Below, one piece after another: positions 1-7,825 of a stretch of DNA of 64,000 nucleotides. Under the pieces are notes generated by a model. The model did no database searches. It had not been told where the DNA came from and saw only the letters and a program-made list of their open reading frames with translations. The stretch is from a bacterium (lineage in GTDB: Bacteria > Electryoneota > JAOADG01), in contig OY820579.1 of NCBI GenBank assembly GCA_963681965.1, forward strand, positions 960,001 through 1,024,000. Direction: 5' to 3'. A program made the position numbers and the translations under genes. Position 1 is the stretch's first letter. Each line of letters starts with the position of its first letter.

Positions 1-790
1 GGCGGGTTTCTTTTAACGGGGCACCGACATCGACCGCAATGACGTAATCCGCACCCAGATCGAAGGCGTCTTGAACCGGAAGATTGCGCGAAACGCCGCC
101 ATCGACTAACAGTTTGCCGGGCGTGTGAACTGCGGTGAATACTGCCGGAATCGCCATACTCGCGCGGAGTGCTTCGGGAAGATAGCCGCTTTTCAACACG
201 ACCGCATTTCCGGTTTCAAGATCGGTCGCGATACAGGCAAACGGGCGCGGAAAAGCTGTAAAATCGGTATCGCCGTGGACATGCCAACTTAATCGGCTCA
301 GCAAGGTGCTGACTTTCTGTCCGGACATGATTCCAGTCGGGAGTTCCAGCCCATTTTTGCTGAACGGAACGGAGATCTGATACCGTTCGTGAAAGGTTTT
401 TAGCTCCATTGCCAGATCGCGGCGTTGGGGGGTATCGTCGAACAGGTCCATCCAGTCGGTATGTACCGAAAGCGATTCGATTTCGGCAGGGGTGTAACCG
501 ATCGCGTATAGACCGCCAACAATTGCACCCATACTGGTTCCAGTGACGATATCGACATTGATGCCGGCTTCTTCCAGTACTTTCAGTACACCGATATGTG
601 CAAACCCTTTTGCACCGCCACCACTTAATGCGAGACCGATGATCGGTTTTCGCGGTAAGGTTGGGATTTTGTGGGTAGAATCTGAAAGAATTGGGGCATT
701 TTTGGTCGAATCGGGGGTAAACTCTGCGCCAAACGCAAACAGGGTTGTATATAGCAGTAGGAGTGTGGCGAAAGATAAACGCATCGGCAT
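1..790 (-). CDS. Patatin-like phospholipase with signal peptide (3' end runs off the window)
   Basis: Not in the ORF track; manual translation from ATG at 790 gives MPMRLSFATLLLLYTTLFAFG...IGLALSGGGAKGFAHIGVL...GTSMG...LRASMAIP...LVDGG, i.e. the Gly-rich loop, GxSxG nucleophile and DGG motif. Confidence 0.93.
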   Translation of the reverse strand, partial: MPMRLSFATLLLLYTTLFAFGAEFTPDSTKNAPILSDSTHKIPTLPRKPIIGLALSGGGAKGFAHIGVLKVLEEAGINVDIVTGTSMGAIVGGLYAIGYTPAEIESLSVHTDWMDLFDDTPQRRDLAMELKTFHERYQISVPFSKNGLELPTGIMSGQKVSTLLSRLSWHVHGDTDFTAFPRPFACIATDLETGNAVVLKSGYLPEALRASMAIPAVFTAVHTPGKLLVDGGVSRNLPVQDAFDLGADYVIAVDVGAPLKETR

Positions 791-847
791 GGAACAAGAT
801 ACAACGAAAGGGGGAAAGGAGTCACCTGTTTTCGGGAGTCACTCCGA

Positions 848-2074
848 TCAAACCGTAATCATAATTCCGTCGAGGCGATCGGGACCAGTTTTGGGTGGAG
901 TTTTCCGCTTGGCGATCGGGAGGGCGGCAAGATAGATCGCCGTTCCCCGCCCATATTTCAGGTTGAGTTCAGTAATCACTTTGGTCAATTCGGCGGAGCG
1001 CTCGTCCCGTTCGTATTCGCCGAAGAAGTCCGGTTCACTGGTGCCGTTCGGGTCGATATCGACGGTGACACCGGTACCGCGATAGATTCGGGAAGGAATA
1101 AATAGTTTTTCAAAACACTTTCGCACAGCTTTGATGATTGTCTCGTAGTTATTCGTCGGTCGCACCATTTTGATGGAACAGTCGTAAATCTCGAATTCCT
1201 TGGTGCGGAGGAATAGGTGCAACCGTTCGGCATAGATTTTTTTTGCGACCAATAGACTCGTGACCCGGGCGGCATGAAAGGCGGCAGCCGCAAACACGAG
1301 TTCGGGATCGACGGTCTTCAGTTCAAAATTGGCGGTACGCGAGACGCTTTTCGGCATCGGCTCGTCATGCAGGAACGGGTACATCGGTTGACCGTGCAGC
1401 TCGAGCCACATATCCATCCCGACTTTCCCCATCCACTTTTTGACTTTATCGAGCGGAGTATTATAGAAATCGAGTGCGGTCTGAATGCCGTATTTGTTTA
1501 ATTTCAGACCACGCCGTGAGCCGATCCCCCAGATCTCGTTGATTTCGCGATTGCCGAGGAAATCGATCAGATTGTCGTCGGTGATGACGGCGAGACCGTC
1601 TGGTTTGTGCCATTCCGATGCCAATTTCGCCAGTGTCTTCGATTTAGCAATTCCAAGTGAGACCGTGATCCCGACTTCATCCTTGATCCGCTGGCGGACC
1701 CATTCGCCGAGTTCCCAGTAATTTTTCTGGTAATAGGTGTCGAGTCCGGTGACTTCGATGAATCCTTCGTCGATACTGTAGATTTCGATTTCCGGGGCAA
1801 TATCGCGCAGCAGATCGAACATCCGGTTGCTGATGGCACCATAGAACCGGAAATCGACCGAGAGGAAAATCGCTTTCGGGGCGATTTTGCGGATTTCCCA
1901 GGCGGCAGTGCCGACTTTTACCCCGAGCGGCTTCAACTCGTAGGAACGGGAAATGACGAAGGCGTCGAGCGACGATAGCACTGCGACCTGCTTCCCGATC
2001 AGGGAGGGGTTGCGGAGTCGTTCGCACGACACATAAAAACAGTCGGCATCGAGGTGCATGATCATGGTGTTCAT
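848..2074 (-). CDS. Y-family DNA polymerase (UmuC/DinB-like)
   Basis: HLDADCFYVSCE, VLSSLDAFVISRSYE (UmuC-like), YSIDE, SLGIAKSKTLAKLAS, IWGIG motifs. Confidence 0.93.
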   Translation of the reverse strand: MNTMIMHLDADCFYVSCERLRNPSLIGKQVAVLSSLDAFVISRSYELKPLGVKVGTAAWEIRKIAPKAIFLSVDFRFYGAISNRMFDLLRDIAPEIEIYSIDEGFIEVTGLDTYYQKNYWELGEWVRQRIKDEVGITVSLGIAKSKTLAKLASEWHKPDGLAVITDDNLIDFLGNREINEIWGIGSRRGLKLNKYGIQTALDFYNTPLDKVKKWMGKVGMDMWLELHGQPMYPFLHDEPMPKSVSRTANFELKTVDPELVFAAAAFHAARVTSLLVAKKIYAERLHLFLRTKEFEIYDCSIKMVRPTNNYETIIKAVRKCFEKLFIPSRIYRGTGVTVDIDPNGTSEPDFFGEYERDERSAELTKVITELNLKYGRGTAIYLAALPIAKRKTPPKTGPDRLDGIMITV

Positions 2075-2203
2075 TCACCATAAAGTGGGGAGGAAAAAAG
2101 AGTAGGCAAAATTTTGTGCTAAATGATTGAATTTATGTCGTGCGACGTTGATATAAATAAACCTGAATTAATAACTAAAATTCTTTAAACTATATTTAGA
2201 TTT

Positions 2204-3340
2204 CTATAGTAAAACGTTATTATAGAAATCTAAATCGTCGGCTGGATATTCCTCTGTTAAGCTGGCGTTCGGTAAACACTCCAAGTCGTCGATATTCGTT
2301 ACAATCTTGTGCTCGATCATCGAATTCTGGAGAGGAACAGTCAGTTGTTTATTGGGTATGATCTGCGAGTATTTGATATTGCACCGTTCGGGAATTAGCA
2401 AATCTCTGATATATGCGCACTGAACGCGGGTATCATCCTTGATTTTTATTTTTCCGATCAAGCAGCAGCGTTTCACTTTCACGACACCATATAGACTGAC
2501 TTTTTCAGAGGAGGGTGTTTTTGAGAAAAGGTCGTCAATCTGATTGTCCTTGATCCGTAATAGTAAATCCTCAACCTTGAATAAACTCCTGTTAGCAAAA
2601 TAGTCTGCTAACGTTTCTTCTGTGAGGTTAACCGATTGTGAAAAGGTCGGAGGGATTCCAAGAATCGAAAAGCCGAGAATTTCTGCACCGCGTGTCGATT
2701 CCACATTGTTGCCAATAATTAGTGGTCCACCCCATCCTCGACCGTAGCGATAGGAGCTGCTGACAACCCCGCCTCCATCCCGACCAAGGCTATTGTTATT
2801 GCCGATTAAGATCCACCCTCGTTTAAAGGGAATATTAATATTTAGTTTATCGTTTAGCTCGTTATTATTGCCGATTAGGATATCTCCGCCACCCTTATTA
2901 TCGATTTTGATATTTCCTATCTGATTGTTGTTGCCGATCCGAACGATTCCGTTGTTTTCGCCGGTTATTAAATGAATAATATTGTCGTCGCCAAAAGTTA
3001 TGTTGGGTAAATCGATGCTCCCGTTAATAAGATTATTAACACCAAAATGTAAGTTAGAGCCGCGCAGCACTGTATAAGACAGTTTTGACCTTTCGCCGAT
3101 GACGATGTTGTTGCCTTCAATAGCGCACCCTTCACTAATGACAACGTCTTTTCCGATTACTGTTCCTTTTCGGATACGCGTAAAGGGATCAAACACTGTG
3201 AAGCCCACCGATTCAGCCAAATCGATCAGCTCATCTGCAGTATAGAAACCGAACCGTTTGAGTATTTCATTCCGGTATCTCAGAGCTTTCAGGGAATCGT
3301 GTTCGACATGCTGTTTGGGTACTTCGGGAATCAGTGACAT
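2204..3340 (-). CDS. Left-handed beta-helix (hexapeptide repeat) protein, GlmU-acetyltransferase-like
   Basis: Many IGxNNx hexapeptides (IGNNNQI, IGNNNEL, IGNNNSL, IGNNVES); GFTVFDPFTRIRKGTVIGKDVVI resembles the start of the GlmU beta-helix; ATG at 3340 follows AAAGGT 11 nt after the upstream stop. Confidence 0.75.
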   Translation of the reverse strand: MSLIPEVPKQHVEHDSLKALRYRNEILKRFGFYTADELIDLAESVGFTVFDPFTRIRKGTVIGKDVVISEGCAIEGNNIVIGERSKLSYTVLRGSNLHFGVNNLINGSIDLPNITFGDDNIIHLITGENNGIVRIGNNNQIGNIKIDNKGGGDILIGNNNELNDKLNINIPFKRGWILIGNNNSLGRDGGGVVSSSYRYGRGWGGPLIIGNNVESTRGAEILGFSILGIPPTFSQSVNLTEETLADYFANRSLFKVEDLLLRIKDNQIDDLFSKTPSSEKVSLYGVVKVKRCCLIGKIKIKDDTRVQCAYIRDLLIPERCNIKYSQIIPNKQLTVPLQNSMIEHKIVTNIDDLECLPNASLTEEYPADDLDFYNNVLL

Positions 3341-3351
3341 CTTTACCTTTC

Positions 3352-6234
3352 TTACCAGTCCCAATCGTTGCGAACACCCATTTCATAATCCGACCAAGGG
3401 CGGCGGTTTTTGAACTCGATGTTTTGCAACTCAGAGGCTGTTCCGCGCTCTTCGTATTTATTCTCGCAACTAGTTACGAGATTGCCTTGCGGTGTGATCA
3501 TAATATCGGGCGCATCCGACCGGCTCTTTTTGGTACTTACGCGAATAAGCCCTTTGGAATAATATACACTCAGGATATCATCCTCACTAATTTCATCGAT
3601 TAAGGAAGAGAACTCCTTGTCGGATACAATAAACATCGACACATCATCCTCTGTTTGCTGGCCGTTGGGATAATATTCCTCGACGCGCCAGCGAACGTCG
3701 TTGTTCAAATTGAAAATCCAGCGGCCCAAGGCTACGATCTCTTTGATATTTGCCTTTGTCACAACGGTATTGATATCCAATTTGATCTTTTTCGTCTTAA
3801 TTTGTTGTAAAAATTCCTCGGCTTTCCGATGCATAAGACGACCGGTATTCTCGAATTCAAAAAGTTTGCTGTATGTTTCGGGAGTAATCGTATGAATTGG
3901 TAATAAGATTTGGTCGAGACAGGTGTCCAATTCATCAAGATCAGCAAGATTCAACTTTATTCCGGTTGTAGTCAAACAGGTATGGATCCGCGTATCGTGT
4001 GCATATTTGATGGCCTGAAACAGCAATGTCTTATGTTCCAGCGGTTCACCACCGGTAAAGGTAAGCCGATGAACCGAGCGCTCTTTTAAAACGTCGATCA
4101 ATTTGCGAATTCGATCGAAATCCATTGGCGGTTCATCGCGAACTGCTCGGTGACAGAACTTGCACCCGATGCGGCAATCTTCGGTGATTTGGTAGGCAAT
4201 ACTGACCGGGCGTGAGATGCGATTGTAAAATTGATAGCGGTTTTTCTGCCATAACTCTAAAAATTTCTTGCCATAATCACCGATCCAGATGTTTTCATGT
4301 GCTTCCTGGAACGACATCCATTTAAATGCGTCGTGTTCGGGCATATCGTTCGGAGTTGAAAAGATCATTTCCATTTCTGAATCTTTACCGGCGAAGTAAT
4401 ATACTAAGCCACGCACACGCAAAGTGTCGTAAAATTTATTCTTTCGCCATCCGACATCGGCAGTTTGATAGCCGAGTTCGCCTCCGGGAATAAAATCGTT
4501 GATGTTTTGGATACCGGTTTCTTCCAGTAGCTCGCGGATCGCCCCTTCGTGGCCGGTCTCGTGATATTCCATTCCCCCTTTTGGGTATTCCCATTTGTCG
4601 AGTGTATTCTTCCGTAACAACATGAGAAATTCATCTTGATCTGAATCGTCAGCTTTCTCGCGAAATACGATAATATCGCAACACTCGAGGACTCGTCGGC
4701 CATATTCCTCACGGACAAAATCACATTTAATCAGTTTATTTAGTTGTGTCTGATCGCATTCGATGGTTTGCTTGCTGTCTTTGATTCCGTTGAAACTGAT
4801 ACCCTTATACGACCAGAAATAGTTATTTCCCTCGATCTCGAAAAGATTGTTGACATAAATTTTAAAGAAATAAGGGGTAATCGCGAGCTTTTCGCCTTCC
4901 CAATCGATGATACTTGCGTGTGCATTATTCTCGATAATCGGATTAATTTCGATTCGACCAAATCCCGATTTAATGAAATTGCTTTGACGATTCAAATCTG
5001 TGCTGAAGAATTCACGAACCGCAGCATTGATCGTGAACTCGACCGATTCCGAGTTTCGCGGTACGACACCGCAAATTGGGAATTTCCACTTTCTTTCGTT
5101 GGTTCGTTCCAGTAAAACGCGCTCTTTTCCATCAACAATCGTGTAAATGTATCCGAAATAAAAGTCGGTTGGATTTTGCAGTAGCAGTTGGTAGAAAAGA
5201 CGTTCCGTTGAATCGGAGATCTGATTGTACAGTGCATCGGTTTTCTGCCAGTTGTCGCTGCCTAATAACCGGAGTTGCTGGAAGATTAGCGCACTGAAAT
5301 ACTCTTTCAAAAATTCATTGGATCCAGCCACATTGAGTTTTGCCTCGAAATGGAGGCGTGCCTGCCGTCGAATCTCGGCGATTGCTGCAAGAACTTTCTT
5401 TGACCTTGTGTCTTTGATATCGTCTGGAATCTCGAAATCGAAATTTGTATCTACCAGTTGAGACATCGAATCGGGAAAATCGTCCGTAACCATAAATTTG
5501 ATCTGTCGTTCCAGACGTACAAAATCGGTTGCCCAGTGGTTATAACCCGTCAGACCAAAATCGATGACACAGGGTGTGCCATCGTGACCGATCAGGATAT
5601 TGTGTTGATGAAAATCGCCGTGACAAATGGTCGATAAACAGGTGTTGGTGATGGGCCACTGCGCTTTGATCGCTTCCCAGTAATCGACAAGGTTTTGTTT
5701 GCCATGGTTTCTAAGATTGCATTCGAGCTCAGTCGTAAGTTGGTTTACATCGATAAATCGATAGACTTCCTTATGAGTATTCGCGTACCAGGGTTCGAGT
5801 ATTCGAAAGGTCTTTTTGATCATCTCGACGAGGTCTTGACGAGTGGCGGCGCTATTCAGGTATGCACCAAGATCCTTCTCGACCTGTCGGTACCGAACGG
5901 CAATACATCCCAACGAATTACGGATTTCAGCGTTGGCATATAGCATTTTCGCATAATTTCGCGTCGAGATAAGCTCTTTTTGGAGTTGAGTGAGCAGTGA
6001 TTTGGGAACAATTTTTATTACCCAATGACTCTGGTCATTACTCTTGAGGTCGATACATGCGGCAAAAACTTGAGCGCCTGATTTTCCCGGAGCTAATATT
6101 CTAAGAGATATAGTGGAGGGATTTTCTTCGTTAAAAATATCCTCCAACTGTAAATCGATTTCTTCAATATTATAGCGTATCGCGGCGAGTGCTTTTCGCC
6201 ATTCTTTTTCGCTACCCAAATATTGGACGCTCAT
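3352..6234 (-). CDS. Multidomain fusion: APH/TCAD9-like kinase + degenerate Nudix + Nudix + viperin-like radical SAM
   Basis: GKSGAQV...VIKI, CHGDFHQHNILI, IDFG (kinase); WEYPKGGMEYHETGHEGAIRELLEETG (Nudix box); CRIGCKFC and FTGGEP (radical SAM); ATG at 6234 preceded by AGAGGAG. Confidence 0.85.
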   Translation of the reverse strand: MSVQYLGSEKEWRKALAAIRYNIEEIDLQLEDIFNEENPSTISLRILAPGKSGAQVFAACIDLKSNDQSHWVIKIVPKSLLTQLQKELISTRNYAKMLYANAEIRNSLGCIAVRYRQVEKDLGAYLNSAATRQDLVEMIKKTFRILEPWYANTHKEVYRFIDVNQLTTELECNLRNHGKQNLVDYWEAIKAQWPITNTCLSTICHGDFHQHNILIGHDGTPCVIDFGLTGYNHWATDFVRLERQIKFMVTDDFPDSMSQLVDTNFDFEIPDDIKDTRSKKVLAAIAEIRRQARLHFEAKLNVAGSNEFLKEYFSALIFQQLRLLGSDNWQKTDALYNQISDSTERLFYQLLLQNPTDFYFGYIYTIVDGKERVLLERTNERKWKFPICGVVPRNSESVEFTINAAVREFFSTDLNRQSNFIKSGFGRIEINPIIENNAHASIIDWEGEKLAITPYFFKIYVNNLFEIEGNNYFWSYKGISFNGIKDSKQTIECDQTQLNKLIKCDFVREEYGRRVLECCDIIVFREKADDSDQDEFLMLLRKNTLDKWEYPKGGMEYHETGHEGAIRELLEETGIQNINDFIPGGELGYQTADVGWRKNKFYDTLRVRGLVYYFAGKDSEMEMIFSTPNDMPEHDAFKWMSFQEAHENIWIGDYGKKFLELWQKNRYQFYNRISRPVSIAYQITEDCRIGCKFCHRAVRDEPPMDFDRIRKLIDVLKERSVHRLTFTGGEPLEHKTLLFQAIKYAHDTRIHTCLTTTGIKLNLADLDELDTCLDQILLPIHTITPETYSKLFEFENTGRLMHRKAEEFLQQIKTKKIKLDINTVVTKANIKEIVALGRWIFNLNNDVRWRVEEYYPNGQQTEDDVSMFIVSDKEFSSLIDEISEDDILSVYYSKGLIRVSTKKSRSDAPDIMITPQGNLVTSCENKYEERGTASELQNIEFKNRRPWSDYEMGVRNDWDW

Positions 6235-6288
6235 GCGATCTCCTCTACGCAATTGTTTAGATATAAAAGTAGTGAAGAGGTTGTTTGA

Positions 6289-7680
6289 TTACAATCTTTT
6301 CTCCAGCCACTGCGGAATCTGGTCGAGGGAGACGCGCACCTGCTCGAGGGTGTCGCGGTGCCGGATCGTGGCGGCGTGATCTTCCTTGGATTCGTAATCG
6401 ATGGTAATACCGAACGGTGTACCGATTTCGTCCATACGGCGGTAGCGCTTGCCGATCGATCCACCCTGATCGTAGAACACGCGCCACTTCTTATTCAGCG
6501 TGCGGTAGAGTTCATCGGCGATTTCCGGTAACCCGTCTTTGCGCATGAGCGGGAATACACCCGCTTTGATTGGCGCAAGCCGGGGATGGAAATGCATGAT
6601 AACGCGGTTCTCACCTTCCTGCTCGTCTTCGTCGTAACTGTCGACCAGCACCGCCAGCACTGCGCGGGTCAAACCGGCAGACGCTTCGATGATATAAGGG
6701 ATATATTTCGATTTTGACTCTTCATCAAAAATCGCCTGCAATTTGCCCGAAAATTCGGAATGCTGCTTGAGGTCGAAATCACTGCGATTGTGGATCCCTT
6801 CGAGTTCACTCCAGCCGAACGGGAATTCATATTCGATATCGAAAGCCGCCTTGGCGTAATGAGCTAATTCCCCTTTACCATGTTCGTGGAAGCGGAGTCG
6901 TTCTGGACGGAGACCGAGCACTTCGGTGACATACCGCATTCGCTCCCCTTTCCAGAAATCGAACCAACGATCGTCGTCGCCCGGTTTGACGAAATACTGC
7001 ATCTCCATCTGCTCGAATTCGCGCGTTCGGAAAATGAAGTTTCCGGGGGTGATTTCATTGCGGAATGCTTTCCCGATCTGGGCGATACCGAATGGTGGCT
7101 TTAGGCGCATACAATCGGCGATGGTCAAGGCATTGACGTAAATCCCCTGTGCGGTTTCGGGACGCATATAGACGACCGACGCGCTCTCTTCAACCGGACC
7201 CATAAAGGTCTTGAACATCAGGTTGAACTGACGGACATCGGATAAATCACTCGATCCACAGGTCGGACAGTAGCGATTGTCGGCGCGGGCGGGGGACTCC
7301 CCTTTATCTCCACTCGGTAGACGCCATTTGCGGACGGGAGCACCAGACTCGTCGACCGGTAGCTGATCGAAGCGGAAACGTCCCTTGCAGGTTTTGCAAT
7401 CGATTAATGGATCGGTAAAGTTGCTGACATGACCGCTCGCTTCCCAGACCCGTGGGTGCATCAGGATGGCGGCATCGAGACCGACGATCTCGTCGTGTTT
7501 GCGGGTCATCTCTTCCCACCAGAGCCGAGAGACGGTGCTCTTCAGCTCGACACCGAGCGGACCGTAATCCCAGCAGGAATTCAGACCGCCGTAAATTTCC
7601 GACGACTGAAAAATGAATCCACGACGTTTGCAAAGCGCAACGACTTTATCCATGACCTTTGAGCGATCGGCGATTGCCAT
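6289..7680 (-). CDS. glyQS: Glycine--tRNA ligase (homodimeric type)
   Basis: CKRRGFIFQSSEIYGG, DYGPLGVELK, RPETAQGI, FRNEITP..FRTREFEQME, GSIGKRYRRMDEIGTPF; probable start ATG at 7680 after AAGGA. Confidence 0.97.
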   Translation of the reverse strand: MAIADRSKVMDKVVALCKRRGFIFQSSEIYGGLNSCWDYGPLGVELKSTVSRLWWEEMTRKHDEIVGLDAAILMHPRVWEASGHVSNFTDPLIDCKTCKGRFRFDQLPVDESGAPVRKWRLPSGDKGESPARADNRYCPTCGSSDLSDVRQFNLMFKTFMGPVEESASVVYMRPETAQGIYVNALTIADCMRLKPPFGIAQIGKAFRNEITPGNFIFRTREFEQMEMQYFVKPGDDDRWFDFWKGERMRYVTEVLGLRPERLRFHEHGKGELAHYAKAAFDIEYEFPFGWSELEGIHNRSDFDLKQHSEFSGKLQAIFDEESKSKYIPYIIEASAGLTRAVLAVLVDSYDEDEQEGENRVIMHFHPRLAPIKAGVFPLMRKDGLPEIADELYRTLNKKWRVFYDQGGSIGKRYRRMDEIGTPFGITIDYESKEDHAATIRHRDTLEQVRVSLDQIPQWLEKRL

Positions 7681-7825
7681 ACCAGTTTCCTTCCAATAGT
7701 AAGCGTATTTCGATACTTGGTTATCGATATAAGAGATACGAACAAGCAATAAAACAGGAATCGGGTGATTATGCAAATCGGGATGTATTTATTACACGGT
7801 CGGGGTTGGGAAAATTAGGATGAGG

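Noticed and set aside
1-790. Patatin as a CBASS-type effector of the adjacent cassette
   Set aside because: It has a signal peptide and looks like an ordinary exported patatin; no cyclase is nearby
216-935. ORF-track entries 216..797 (-), 543..935 (+) and 625..825 (-)
   Set aside because: They are alternative-frame or antisense shadows of the patatin gene
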